In this document: piece after piece, positions 30,945-43,317 of the stretch
How positions within the stretch are numbered: position 1 is the first letter of the stretch
Layout: each line of letters opens with the position of its first letter
Program-made: the position numbers and the translations under genes
Notes under the pieces: generated by a model
What the model was told of the DNA's origin: nothing
What the model saw: the letters and a program-made list of their open reading frames with translations, nothing else
Databases searched by the model: none
Assembly: GCA_963763775.1 (NCBI GenBank)
Contig: CAVXPZ010000001.1
Coordinates: forward strand, 384,001 to 448,000
Source of the DNA: an uncultured Chloroflexia bacterium
Lineage (GTDB): Bacteria > Chloroflexota > Limnocylindria > Limnocylindrales > CSP1-4
Reading direction: 5' to 3'
Length of the DNA stretch: 64,000 nucleotides

Positions 30945-31398
30945 CCGGGTCCGGGGACGCCGGACCGGGCGCCGGCTCGCCCTGTCGTCGGTCTTCGAGG
31001 CCGACTTCGGCCAGCGCACCGCCGAGGCCGTCCTCGAACGTCACCTCGCCGAGGAGGAGCGCGACCCGGCGGCCGCGAGCCTGGCCCGCGAGCTCGTCGA
31101 CGGGGTGGTCCGACACCGTGAGGCGATCGACGCGGAGATCACCCGGCGAGCCCCCCAGTACCCGGTCACGGGGCTCGCCCGGATGGACCGCGCGCTGCTC
31201 CGTACGGCCATATGCGAGGTGCTACACTCCGGCACGCCGGCCCGGGTGGCCATCGCCGAGTGGGTCGAGCTGGCACGCACCTACAGTGGAGAGCCGATGC
31301 GACGCCTCATGAATGGCGTCCTCGGCAACATCGCAGCTGAGCGAGAGCCAGGAACCCCGCCGGCCGTCCGGTCCAAACTCCGAGGAGGGAGTCAGTAG
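30931..31398 (+). CDS. nusB: Transcription antitermination factor NusB
   Basis: [34 protein letters not shown]. Confidence 0.9.
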   Translation: MSGADRVRGRRTGRRLALSSVFEADFGQRTAEAVLERHLAEEERDPAAASLARELVDGVVRHREAIDAEITRRAPQYPVTGLARMDRALLRTAICEVLHSGTPARVAIAEWVELARTYSGEPMRRLMNGVLGNIAAEREPGTPPAVRSKLRGGSQ

Positions 31399-31634
31399 TG
31401 GCAACCACGTACGAGCGCCTCAAGAAGATCGTCGTCGAGCAGCTCGGCGCCGACGAGGATGAGGTCAAGCCGGAGGCGTCGTTCGTCGACGACCTGAATG
31501 CCGACTCGCTCGACCTGGTCGAGCTGATCATGAGTCTCGAGGAAGAGTTCGGGACCGAGATCTCCGACGAGGATGCGGAGAAGATCCGCACCGTCCAGGA
31601 CGCCGTCGACTACATCGACGAGCACTCGGCCTAA
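31398..31634 (+). CDS. acpP: Acyl carrier protein
   Basis: [21 protein letters not shown]. Confidence 0.97.
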   Translation: MATTYERLKKIVVEQLGADEDEVKPEASFVDDLNADSLDLVELIMSLEEEFGTEISDEDAEKIRTVQDAVDYIDEHSA

Positions 31635-31644
31635 GCGCGGCCGG

Positions 31645-32373
31645 ATGGCGGGCGAAGTGCCCCCCGCCAGGGCCTTCGCGGACCGACTCGGCCTCCCTGT
31701 CCGCGATCTCGGGCTGCTCGAGCAGGCGCTCGTCCATGCGAGTTGGCTGCACGAGCACCCGGAAGACGCGCCCGGGCACAACGAACGGCTCGAATTCCTG
31801 GGCGACGCCGTCGTCAACCTGATCATCTCCGAGGCGCTCTATACGCGTCATCCCGGCGACGACGAGGGCGACCTGTCCGCGCGCCGCGCGGCGATCGTCT
31901 CGACGACCGGCCTGGCGCGTCTCGCCGGACGGATCGACCTCGGGCCGATCATGCTCCTTGGGGAGGGCGAGTCGCGACGCAGCGGCCGTCGCCGCCCGAC
32001 GTTGCTCGCATCGTCGTTCGAGGCGATCGTGGGAGCGTTCTACCTGGACCTCGGGTTCAGCACGGTGCAGGACTGGCTGGTCGAGCTGGCCGCCCCCGAG
32101 CTGGACGCGGACGGGCCGATCCTGGCCCTCAAGAGTCCGAAGAGCCGCCTCCAGGAGTTCACCCAGCAGCACACCGGCGCCCGGCCGTCCTACCACCTGC
32201 TCGACGTGACCGGTCCGGACCACGAGAAGCGGTTCCGCATCGAGGTCACGGTCGACGGCGAGGTCCTCGGGGTCGGCGAGGGGCCGTCCCGTCGAACCGC
32301 GGAGACCGCGGCCGCGGCGGAGGCGCTCGATCACCTTCGGGCCACGCAGCGTCCCGAGGCGGTCGGCGCATGA
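31645..32373 (+). CDS. rnc: Ribonuclease III
   Basis: NERLEFLGDAV; dsRBD KSRLQE...GPDHEKRF. Confidence 0.96.
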   Translation: MAGEVPPARAFADRLGLPVRDLGLLEQALVHASWLHEHPEDAPGHNERLEFLGDAVVNLIISEALYTRHPGDDEGDLSARRAAIVSTTGLARLAGRIDLGPIMLLGEGESRRSGRRRPTLLASSFEAIVGAFYLDLGFSTVQDWLVELAAPELDADGPILALKSPKSRLQEFTQQHTGARPSYHLLDVTGPDHEKRFRIEVTVDGEVLGVGEGPSRRTAETAAAAEALDHLRATQRPEAVGA

Positions 32374-35300
32374 GCGACGGCAACGGCACGGGCGGCGCCC
32401 CGCGTCCGGCGCCGCCTCGACTGCTCGCCCTGCGCCTCCAGGGGTTCAAGTCGTTCGCCGAGCGGACCAACGTGGAGTTCGGCGGCGGGATCAGCGCGGT
32501 CGTCGGGCCCAACGGATCGGGCAAGAGCAATCTCGCGGACGCGCTCCGCTGGGCGCTCGGCGAGCAGGGCAAGGCCCTCCGGTCGCGCAAGTCCGAGGAC
32601 GTGATCTGGGCGGGATCGGAGAAGCGGGCGGCCCAGGGCATGGCGGACGTCACACTGGTCGTCGACAACGCCGACGGCCTGCTCCCGGTCGAGTTCTCGG
32701 TGCTGGAGCTGGGGCGGCGCCTGTACCGATCGGGCGAGAACGACTACCTCCTGAACAAGCAGCGCATCCGGCTCCGCGACCTCGTCGACCTCCTCGACGC
32801 CGCGCACCTTGCCGACAACGCCTTCCTGTTCATCGGGCAGGGCATGGTCGACCAGGCGCTGGCCCTGCGCCCGGAGGAGCGGCGGCCGCTGTTCGAGGAA
32901 GTCGCCGGCGTCCGCCGTCACGAGCGTCGCCGGCGCCGCGCCCAGGAGCAGCTCACGGAGTCGGAGGCCAATCTCGCGCGGGTCCAGGACATCGTCGCCG
33001 AGCTGCGGCCGCAGGCGCGACGCCTCGCCGCCCAGGCCGAGCAGCAGACCAGCCGCGAGACGACTGCCGACGAGCTCGCCGGGGCCGTCCTCCTGGCGAC
33101 CCATGCCCGATGGCACGAAACCGCCGGGCGGGTGGCCGCCGCGGGGGCACGCCAGGCGGCGGCGCGAGCCGAGGCGGACCGGGCCATGGCCGAGATGGAG
33201 GCTGCCGAGACCGCCGCGGCCGCACTGGCGGCCGAGCTCGGCGCACGCGCCGAGGCCGAGCGGACGCGACGCGAGACCCACGATGCCGCACGAGCGGCAC
33301 TGACCGGCGCCCAACTCCGCGATGCCCGCCTCGCCTCCGAGCTCGAAGCGATCGACCGCGACCGGCAGCGGCTCCACGACGAGCGCGTCGCGGCCGAGGC
33401 CGAGGTGGCGGCCGGGCGCCGCGCGGCGGCGTCGCCCATCCCCGCGCGAGACCTCACGGCCGAAGCCGCCCTGGCCGAAGCGGAACGCGCATCGGCCGAC
33501 GCCCTTGCCGAGCTCGCGACCCTGCGCGCCGCGCACCGAGCGCAGGGCGAGGAGCTCGCCGCGGTCCGTCGAGCGACGGCCGCGCGCCAGGCCGAGCTGG
33601 AGACCGCCCGTCGGCGCCGGGCCGAGACCGCGCGCCAGGCGGCCGACGAGTCGGAGCGTGCCGCGGCCGCGATGGGTCGCCGACACGAGCGTGAGGCGGC
33701 GCTCGAGGCCGCCGGGACCGCGCGCGCGACCGCGATCGAGGCAGAGGAACGGGCCGTCGCCGCTCGCGAGGCCGCAAGGGCCGCGCTGGAGACAGCCGAG
33801 GCGGAGCGGACCGCGGCCGAGTCCCGGCTGGCCGCCGCCAGGGCGACGCACGCCGGGCTCGATGCGCGACGCGCGGACCTCACGGGCCGACTCGCGGAAG
33901 AGGAGGGTCGCGGGATCGCGAAGGCCGCGAAGAAGCTGGGCGGCCGGCGCCTCGATGACGATCTTGTCGTCGACCCGCCGTTCCGGGCGGCGGTCGAGGC
34001 CGCCTTGTCGGAGGCGGTCCGCGCCTACGTGGTCCGTGCTGACGCGGTGGCGACGCTTGCCGACGAGCGCGGGGCCCTGATCATCGAGGAGCGGGCGACC
34101 ACGACGATCGGTGGCGCCGTGGCCGGCGCCTCGTCGGACGCACGCGAGCGTCGGTTCCGCGACGCGCTGACCGGCGGCGGTGGGGGACTCCTCTCGGACG
34201 CGCTCCGTCGAGATGGGAGTGGTGTCGCGGGACGTGTTCTCGCCCGAGCGGCGTGGATGCCGGATCTGGCGGGATGCCTGGCCATCCAGGCGTCGCTGCC
34301 GCCAGGCTGGATCGTCGTCGCCCGGGACGGGTCGGCCGTCATCGACGAGCTGGGCGTCCGGCTGGGCGCACCAGAGTCCGTCCTGGAACGTCGAGCCGAG
34401 TCGACCCGACTCGCGGCCGCCGTCGAAGGCGCCGAGGAGGTCGTCACAGCGACCGCGGCGGAGGCGACGACGGCATCGTCGGCCGCCAGCGCGGCTCGCT
34501 CGGCCCTTGAGGCGGCACGGGCCGATGAGGCACGGACATCCGGGCTTCGCCGGGCGGCCGAGGAACGCGAGCGACTGGCGGCCCGCGACCTCGAGGCGGT
34601 CCTCCGCGAGGCGGCGTGGACCGCGGCGCAGGCGGAGCGGCTGCAAGGAGATGCCGATCGCGCGGCGGCCGCGCTCGATGCCCTGGAAGCGACGATCGCC
34701 GCCGCCGAGACGGCTGCGGCGACCGGCGGTTCGGCACCTGACGCGAGTGCCGTCGAGACGTGGGAGGCCCGCGCGGCCGAATTGCGAGCGCGCCGTGACC
34801 GTCTGGCGGAGGACGCGAGCATCCGGGATGCCGCGCGTCGCGACGCCGAGGGCCGCCGGGCGCGGTCCGAAGCCGCGGTCGGCCTCGGCGAGGAGCGCAT
34901 CACCCGAGCGGACCGCGAGGTCGCGGCGCTCGACGAGCGCGCGCAGGCGCTGGCCGCCGAGCGTGAGCGCCTGCGCGGTGAGCTGGCCGCATCGATCGCG
35001 GCCGAGACCTCGGCTCGCGAAGCCCTCGCCGAGCTGCACGCCGCGGATGCCGCGCAGCGAGATCGACTGGCGGAAGCCGAACGGACCGCCACCCACGCAC
35101 GAGAACGCCTTCGCTCGACCGACGAGCGCACCCGCGCAGCCGATCGCGAGGACCTCGAGGCCAGGCTGGGGCTCGAAGCCCTCCGTGAGGCGGTCCTCGT
35201 CGACTTGGCCGGGCTCGGGACGCTCGGCGCGGCACGCCTCGCGGCCGTGACGCGGCGAGCCGGACGTCGCGCCACCGGCCACCGGCGGGGAAGCGACCGA

Positions 35301-36090
35301 CGAGGACGACCCGATCGACGACCAGCTCGCTGCAGCGCTCGAGGCGGCGCTGGACCACGCGGCGGTCGTCTGGAGCGAGGCGGCCCCGACGACCGATCCG
35401 CCGAGCCCCGGCCGGCTCGCGCAGCTCCGACGCCGGTTCCACGAGCTCGGGGCCACGAACCCGTTCGCGGTGGAGGAGTACGCCGAGCTCCGGCAGCGCC
35501 TCGAGACCCTCGAGACGCAGGCGAACGACCTGCTGACGGCGATCGCCCGGACGCGCGAGCTCATCGTCGAACTCGAGACGATGATCACCGTCCAGTTCCA
35601 GACCACGTTCCAGGCGCTCGAGACGGCCTTCGAGCGACGGTTCGAGCAGCTCTTCGGCGGCGGGTTCGCCCGGCTGTCGCTGACCGACCCGTCGGACCTC
35701 GGCTCGACCGGGGTCGAGATCGTGGCGCGACCGCCGGGCAAGAAGCCGCAGGCGCTCTCGATGCTGTCGGGCGGCGAGCGGGCCCTGACCGCCGTGGCGC
35801 TGCTGTTCGCGATGCTCGAGGTGCGACCGGTCCCGTTCTGTGTCCTCGACGAGGTCGACGCCGCGCTCGACGAGGCGAACATCGGCCGATTCGCCGACGC
35901 GCTCCGCAGCCTGGCGCACCAGACGCAGTTCATCGTGATCACCCACAACCGGGGCACGATCGAGGCCGCGGACGCGATGTACGGCGTGACGGTGGGCGAC
36001 GACTCGGTCAGTCGTGTCATCAGCCTCCGGCTCGACGAGGCGAACGCGATGGCCGACGACCGTCGCCGCGAACTCACGACGGCGGGCTGA
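32370..36090 (+). CDS. smc: Chromosome segregation protein SMC (probable frameshift near 35250)
   Basis: GFKSF, GPNGSGKSN, long coiled coils, LSGGE, LDEVDAALD, ITHN. Confidence 0.93.
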
Positions 36091-37306
36091 TGTTCTGGCG
36101 ACGACGCAAGGAGGAGCCGGCGGAGGCTCCGGCAGCCCCTGCGACGGAGGTCGCCCCCGAAGTCGTGCCCGAGGAAGTCGAGTCGGGCTGGGAGCCTGAC
36201 CCGGCGGACTTCGAGGACCCGGACCCGGTGGTGCTCGCGCCGCCGGCAGGAGGTGGTCGCCGAACCCGAGCGCCAGCCGGCGCCCGAAGCCGGCGCCCGA
36301 GCCGCCCGAGCCGAGCGCTCCGAGCCCGAGCCCGCCCGAACCCGACGCGTCGCCGGCCCGAGCCGAACCGGCGCCCGCCTACGCCCCGTTCGACCCGATC
36401 GCCTTCATGAAGGCGCCGCCCGCGTCGACGCTGGACGCCGGTCTGGAGCGCACCCGGGGCGGCTTCATGACGCAACTCCGCGGGTTCCTCGGCGGCCAGG
36501 ACGGCCCGGCGTGGGATGACGTCGAGGAGACGCTCATCGCCGGCGACGTCGGCGCGGCCCTCGCGATGGACGTCGTCGAGCGGGCACGGCACCGCAACGA
36601 CCCGGGTGGCGCCGAGGCCGCGGTCCGCGCCGAGCTCGCCGCGCTGCTCGTCCCCCGGGATGTCGAGTGGTCGCCGAAGCCGTCGGTCGACGGCGGTCCG
36701 GCCGTCGTCCTCATCGTCGGCGTCAACGGGACCGGCAAGACCACGACGATCGGCAAGCTTGCGACCCGCTACAGCGCGGAGGGCCGGAAGGTCATCCTCG
36801 CGGCCGCCGACACGTTCCGTGCCGCCGCGATCGATCAGCTCCGGATCTGGGCGGACCGCGCGAACGTCCCGGTCATCGCGCACGCACCCGGGGCGGATCC
36901 CGGCGCCGTCGTCTACGACGCGCTGGACGCCGCCGTGGCGCGCGGGGCGGACCTCGTGATCGCGGACACGGCCGGCCGGCTCCACACGAAGGTCAACCTC
37001 ATGGACGAGCTGACGAAGATCCGGCGCATCATCGACAAGCGCCTGCCCGGGGCCGAGCCCGAGACCCTCTTCGTGCTCGATGCGACCACCGGCCAGAACG
37101 GCCTGTCCCAGGCGAAGGCGTTCAACGAATCGGTCGGCCTCACGGGGATCGTCCTCACCAAGCTCGACTCGACCTCGAAGGGCGGCATCGTCTTCGCGAT
37201 CGAGGACGCCCTGAAGGTGCCGGTCAGGTTCGTCGGGGTGGGGGAGCAGGCGGAGGACCTGCTCCACTTCGATCCCGACGCGTTCGTCGAGGCCCTGTTC
37301 GCCTGA
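36090..37306 (+). CDS. ftsY: SRP receptor FtsY (acidic Pro-rich N-terminus with probable frameshifts 36240-36400)
   Basis: GVNGTGKTTT, DTFRAAA, DTAGR, TKLD, GVGE. Confidence 0.94.
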
Positions 37307-37316
37307 CCTCGGCCGG

Positions 37317-38643
37317 TCAGCCCCCGACCGGCTGGTCGCGCTCGACCTGCACGACGACCTCGGTCGCGGATCGCTCCGGGCCGCCGTCGGCGACAGGTAC
37401 CGCGACCCGCAAGGACCGGACGGGCGACCACCACAGGATCGCGGCGCCGACGAGACCGCCCAGCGGCGCCAGCCAGCTCGTCGCCCGGAGCCCGATGACC
37501 TCGGCGAGGACGCCCGCCACGAGCGTGGCGACCAACTGTGCCGACACCGCGGCGACATGGAACGTCGAGCTGACCCGCCCGAGCGCGCGGTCGCGGACCA
37601 GGGTCTGGCGGACCGAGGTCTCGGTCACGTCGTAGACGGTCACGGCCGAGTCGGCGACGAGCTGCTGCATCACGAGGCAGCCGATGGCCACCAGCGGCAG
37701 TCCGGCGGGTGCCAGCGGGATGAAGGCGTTGCCGAGCGCGGACAGGAGCATCGCCCCGATCGCCACGTGGCCGATCCCCCAACGCCGCGTGGCGCGCGCC
37801 GCGACGACGGCGCCGATGAACGACGACGCCCCGCCGACGCCGGCGACGAGCCCGAGCACGGCCGGCCCGAGGTGGAGGTCGTCGAGCACGAACAGGAACC
37901 ACGTCGCGCCGAAGATGCCCCACAGGGCCGCCAGCGACATCTGCGCACCGGCGAACGCCCGCAGGACCGGATCGTGGATCACCAGCCGCAGGCCGTCACG
38001 GATCTCGTGCAGGACCGGCTCGCGGTCCTCGGGCGGCGGTGGCGCCGGCCTCCTGGCGGCGGATGGTGCCGAGCAGGATCGCCGACACGAGGATAGGAGA
38101 CCGCGTCGATGGCGATCGCGATGGGGGCGGTCAGCACCTGGACCAGGAAGCCGCTCACGCCGAACGCCAGGAACTCGGACGCTGACCCGCTCGCCGCGAG
38201 CGCGCCATTCGCGTCGACCAGGCGCTCGCGCTCCACGATCGTCGGCAGATAGGCGTTGTCGGCGGCGTCGAAGAACGTCGTCAGGACGGCGGCGCTGGCC
38301 GACACGACCAGCAGCTGCCAGTACGTCAGGACGCCGAGCGCGAACGCGACCGGCACCGAGCCGAGGACGAGCGCCCGCCCGAGGTCGGCCCAGATGAGGA
38401 CCGGGCGACGGCGCAGCCGGTCGACCCAGGCGCCGGCGACCAGTCCGAACACCAGGGTCGCTCCGAGCTCGAGGCCCGCGGAGCAGCGCGACCTCGATCG
38501 CGCCCGGACCCGATGACGAGGATCGCCGCCAGCGGCAGCGCGATGCGCGTGACGAGCGAGCCGAAGATCGAGATCGTCGCCGCCGACCACACCCGGACGA
38601 ACGCGGAGTTGCCCCAGAGTGGCGACGCGAACGGGTTGCGCAT
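37317..38643 (-). CDS. MFS transporter (H+ antiporter / MFS_3-like), several probable frameshifts
   Basis: FVRVWSAATISIFGS..., AGAWVDRLRRRPVLIWADLGR, two 6-TM halves distributed across frames. Confidence 0.82.
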
Positions 38644-38861
38644 GACGGCGGAGCCTACATGGCGCGGCGGCGACCCTGTCCGGTGCGCCTCGTCACCGCC
38701 GTGGGACCATCGGCCCAACGGCGGCCGCGAAGGGCCTGCGCTACACTTCGGTCGCCTCGGTGCGTCAGAACTCGCGCACCACCCGGATCGGCCGCGCGGA
38801 TGCCCGAAGGCGTCGCGCCACCGAACCGGTCAACCACCCTGACGGAGTCCCAGACGGACCC

Positions 38862-40198
38862 ATGTTCGACAGTCTGAGCGAGCGCCTGCGCAAGACCCTC
38901 GGCACGCTGACCGGCCGCGGCCGGATCAGCGAGGCCGACGTCGACGCCGCCATGCGCGAGGTCCGCCTCGCGCTGCTCGAGGCGGACGTCAACTTCAAGG
39001 TCGTCAAGGACTTCGTGGCGCGCGTCCGCGAGCAGGCCGTCGGCGCCGACGTCCTCGAGAGCCTCACGGCCGGCCAGCAGGTCGTCAAGATCGTCAACGA
39101 CGAGCTCGTCGCGCTGCTGTCGGCCGGCGACCGCACGTTCCACCTGTCCGGGAACCCGGCCGTCGTCTCGATGGTCGGCCTCCAGGGCTCCGGCAAGACC
39201 ACGACGACCGCCAAGCTCGCACGCCACGTCGTGAAGCTCGGCCGGCGACCGCTGCTCGTCGCCGCCGACCCGTATCGACCCGCCGCGGCCGACCAGCTCG
39301 AGACGCTCGGCAAGGCGCTCGACATCCCGGTCTTCCGCGCCCCGGTCGGGACCAGCGTGCCGGAGATCGCGCGGCTCGGCGTCGAGGCCGCGAAGCGCCA
39401 GGTCCGCGACGTCGTGATCCTCGACACCGCCGGCCGCCTCAGCGTCGACGAGGCCCTCATGGCCGAGATCGCCGCGGTCAACGCGGCGGTGAAGCCGATC
39501 GAGACGCTGCTCGTCGTCGACGCGATGACCGGCCAGGAAGCCGTCGCCGTGGCCCAGGCGTTCGTCGCCGCGGTCCCGGTCACCGGCCTGGTCCTCACGA
39601 AGATCGACGGCGACGCCCGCGGCGGTGCCGCGCTCTCGATCTCCGCGGTCACCGGCGTGCCCGGTCAAGTTCCTCGGGACCGGCGAGAAGACCGACGCGC
39701 TCGAGGTCTTCCATCCGGACCGGCTCGCGGGCCGGATCCTCGGCATGGGCGACATCCTGACGCTCGTCGAGCGGGCGCAGGAGACGTTCGACGCGAAGCA
39801 GGCCGCGACCGCTCGAGGAGAAGCTGCGCAAGAACAGCTTCACGCTCGAGGACATGCTCGAGCAGCTCCAGCAGGTCCAGAAGATGGGCCCGATCGGTCA
39901 GATCATGGGGATGATCCCGGGCATGGGCGGCATGGCCAAGGAGGCCCAGGCCGCCGTCGATCGGGGCGACCTCAAGCGGACCGAGGCGATCATCCGTGCG
40001 ATGACGCCCATCGAGCGCCGCGACCCCACCGTCCTCAACGGCTCCCGTCGCCGGCGCATCGCGGCCGGTTCCGGGACCACCCTCCCGGACGTCAACCGGC
40101 TCGTGAAGCAGTTCAGCGAGATGCAGAAGCTCATGAAACAACTGTCCGGCGCGGGTGGCCGGCGTGCCGCCTTGGGCGCGCTGTCCGGTCGCCGCTAG
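38862..40198 (+). CDS. ffh: Signal recognition particle protein (probable frameshifts near 39661 and 39812)
   Basis: [41 protein letters not shown]. Confidence 0.95.
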
Positions 40199-40211
40199 AA
40201 GGGGGCCCGCC

Positions 40212-42042
40212 ATGACCGACCAGAACCTCGGACCCGACGACCCGACGCAGGTCGTCCCGGTCCCGTCCGTCACCGAGACCGTCGTTCCCCCGCTCGAACC
40301 GGTCGCGGTCCAGCCCGTCGCCGCGACGGGGAGCTCGCCGAAGCCGGGTCGCGGCCGCTGGGCGATCGCGCTCGGCCTCGCCGCGCTGGTCGTGGCGATC
40401 ACCGCGGGCATCGTCTTCGCCCTCGTCGGCCGGTCCCCGGACGCCACGGTCACGGGCTACGTCCCGTCCGGGGCCGTCGTCTACGGCGAGGTCCGCCTCG
40501 ACCTGCCCGGCGATCAGCGCCAGCAGGTCGGCGAGTTCCTGTCGAAGTTCCCGGGGTTCGCCGATCAGGCGGCCCTCGACGCCAAGCTGGACGAGGTCCT
40601 CGACCGGCTCGTGTCGGACGCCTCCAAGGACAAGCAGACGTTCACGAAGGACATCAAGCCGTGGTTCGACGGCGAGCTGGCCTTCAGCGTCGGTCCGCTG
40701 CCGGATCCGAAGAGTCTGACCGGGTCAGGTGCCATGGACACGGGCAATGCGCTCGTCCTGCTGTCCGTCAAGGACCCCGCCGCAGCACAGGCGTGGTTCG
40801 ACGCGGCGTTCAAGGAAGCCGGCGCGACCACCAGCACCGAGACCTATGGCGGCACCACGATCACGGTCTTCACCGGCTCCGACGGCCCAAAGGGCGCCTT
40901 CGCGATCATCGATGGCAAGGTCGCCGTCGCCGGTGAGCTCGACGCGGTCAAGGCCGCCATCGACACCAAGGGTTCCGGCGGGTTCGCCGCCGACCCGGCC
41001 GCCAAGCAGGCGCTCGGCGCCGCGGACGGGGACCACCTCGGGTTCGTGTTCGTCGACCTCAAGTCGCTCCTGGACTGGACCTCGACGCTCGCGACGCAGG
41101 TCGGCGGCGCGGCCACGTCACCGGTCAGCGACACCCTGCGCGGGTTCGTGCCCGATTGGGGCGCGTACTGGCTGCGGGTCGAAGGTGACGCCATCGTCAT
41201 GGAGTCGACCGCGCCAAAGGCCGCCACGACGCTCGGCCCGACCCAGGACCGCGCATCGGATGTCGCCAAGCACGTCCCATCGAGCGCCATCGCCCTCGCC
41301 GTCAGCCATGACACGGGCAAGACCCTCCAGCAGGTCCTCGACCTCTACAAGTCCGAGGCCAGCCTCAAGACGGTCACCGACGCCATCGACCAGGGCCTCG
41401 GGGCGCTCGGCGGCGCCGACAATGCCATCGGCTGGATCGGCGATACCGGTGTGGTGGTCAACCGGGCCGGCGACGCCGTCGAGGGCGGCCTGGTCATCCT
41501 GCCGACCGACGCGAAGGCCGCGTCCAGCTTCTTCACCAGCGTCAAGAACCTCGCGTCGCTCAGCGGCGTCGCCGGTGTGACCTTCCGCGAGGAAGACCAT
41601 GACGGCGCGACCGATCTCGGTCGCGAGCTTCGACATCCCGGGCCTGATGGGCGCGGCCGGATCGGCCGTCCCGCAGCTCGGCGCGTTGCCGCTCGACAAG
41701 GTCGAGCTCGCCTGGGCCGTCACGGACGACGTCGTCGTCATCGGCTCCGGCCCGGAGTTCGTCAAGCACGTCCTCGACACCACGGATGCGACCTCGCTCG
41801 CCTCGAACGACCGCTACAAGGCCCTGATGGACCGGGTCGGGACGGGGACGAACTCGCTGTTCGTGGACCTGGCCGCGATCCGCGGCCTCGCCGAGGGCGT
41901 CATGGGCGGCGTGGACGCGAGTGCGCTCAAGTCGTACCAGAGCGATGTCCAGCCGTTCCTCGCCCCGCTCGACGCGCTCGCCGCGTCCAGCTCGGTGGGG
42001 GGCGACCTCACGAGCTCCACGCTCATCATCACCGTCAAGTGA
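40212..42042 (+). CDS. Membrane-anchored extracytoplasmic protein, DUF3352-like (probable frameshift near 41610)
   Basis: Single N-terminal TM; [12 protein letters not shown]; repeated [16 protein letters not shown] beta-units. Confidence 0.6.
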
Positions 42043-42121
42043 GCCACGGGGCGCCCCCAGCGCCCCGAATCACCTGGGCGGGTCGCGACCGATCCGCTCG
42101 CAGAGGAGGAACCGCAGGGAT

Positions 42122-42376
42122 ATGGCAGTCCGGATCCGGCTGACGCGCGTCGGCGCGACGAAGCAGCCGACCTATCGCGTCGTGGTCGCCGACGGGCGCA
42201 GTGCCCGCGACGGCCGAGCGATCGAGACGCTCGGTCACTACAACCCGCGCACCGACCCGGTCGAGTTCAAGGTCGACGAGGAGAAGGCGAAGGCCTGGCT
42301 CGCCAAGGGCGCGCAGCCGTCCGACACCGTCGTCCGACTCTTCCGAAATGCGGGCATCCTGCCCGCGGCCAAGTAG
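42122..42376 (+). CDS. rpsP: 30S ribosomal protein S16
   Basis: [21 protein letters not shown]...GAQPSDTV. Confidence 0.97.
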   Translation: MAVRIRLTRVGATKQPTYRVVVADGRSARDGRAIETLGHYNPRTDPVEFKVDEEKAKAWLAKGAQPSDTVVRLFRNAGILPAAK

Positions 42377-42388
42377 GGGGCGCGCACC

Positions 42389-42622
42389 GTGGCAGCAAAG
42401 GACCTGGTCGAATACGTCGCCAAGTCGCTGGTCGACGACCCGGAGGCCGTCAAGGTCGAGGTCGTCCATGAGGACGGCGCGACGGTCATCGAGCTCCACG
42501 TCGCCGAGGACGACATGGGCAAGGTGATCGGACGGAACGGCAGCGTCGCCAAGGCGCTCCGCACCCTGCTCAAGGTCACGGCCGCCCGCGACGGCGAGCC
42601 GGTCCAGCTCGAGATCCTCTGA
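42389..42622 (+). CDS. khpA: KH-domain RNA-binding protein
   Basis: [15 protein letters not shown]; rpsP-khpA-rimM synteny. Confidence 0.92.
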   Translation: MAAKDLVEYVAKSLVDDPEAVKVEVVHEDGATVIELHVAEDDMGKVIGRNGSVAKALRTLLKVTAARDGEPVQLEIL

Positions 42623-43317
42623 GCGTCGACGAACGGCTCGTGGTCGCCCTCGTCCGGGGCGTCCACGGGCTCCGCGGCGCCGTGCGGGTGGAGGTCCTGA
42701 CCGACCACCCCGAGTCCCGGTTCGTGCCGGGCGCGCTCCTGTATCGCGAAGGGCGGCCCGATCCGCTGACGATCGCGTCCGCCGAGGCCGTCGTGGACGG
42801 CCCTGGCTGGCGGATCCGCTTCCGCGAGATCGGCGACCGCGACCGGGCGGACACACTCCGGGGGTCGTACCTCGAGGCGGTCGTCCTTCCCGAGCTGGAG
42901 CTCGGCCGTGGCGAGTACTACTGGCACGAGATCGTCGGGTGCCCGGTCCGCGGGGTGGACGGGGCCGACCTCGGGACCGTCCGCGACGTCTACCGGATCG
43001 GGGAGAACGAGGTCTTCGTGGTGGAAGGCGGGACGGTCGCGCCGTTCGACCTCCCTGCGGTCCGGGCGTTCATCCGCGTGTTCGCGCCTCGCCGGGGCGA
43101 GATCGTCGTCGACGCCGACTCGCTGGACCTCCGGCCAGCCAAGTCACGAGCCCCCGATCCCGATCGGCCCAAGGCCCCGCGACGCACGACGCGGCGTCGG
43201 CCTGCGGCCGCCGCGACGCCCGAGGCGACCGAGACGGAGCCCCCTGCCGAGGCCGGACCGGCGACACCGACGGACCAGGCGGCACCCTCCGAGCCCGACC
43301 CGCCGACCCAGCCATGA
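42619..43317 (+). CDS. rimM: 16S rRNA processing factor (start CTG 42619 or GTG 42640)
   Basis: [21 protein letters not shown]; Pro-rich C-terminal tail. Confidence 0.9.
   Translation: MSVDERLVVALVRGVHGLRGAVRVEVLTDHPESRFVPGALLYREGRPDPLTIASAEAVVDGPGWRIRFREIGDRDRADTLRGSYLEAVVLPELELGRGEYYWHEIVGCPVRGVDGADLGTVRDVYRIGENEVFVVEGGTVAPFDLPAVRAFIRVFAPRRGEIVVDADSLDLRPAKSRAPDPDRPKAPRRTTRRRPAAAATPEATETEPPAEAGPATPTDQAAPSEPDPPTQP

Noticed and set aside
38660-38860. SRP RNA next to ffh
   Set aside because: No recognisable SRP helix-8 (GGAA tetraloop with CAGG/AGCA loop); the region is explained by divergent promoters.
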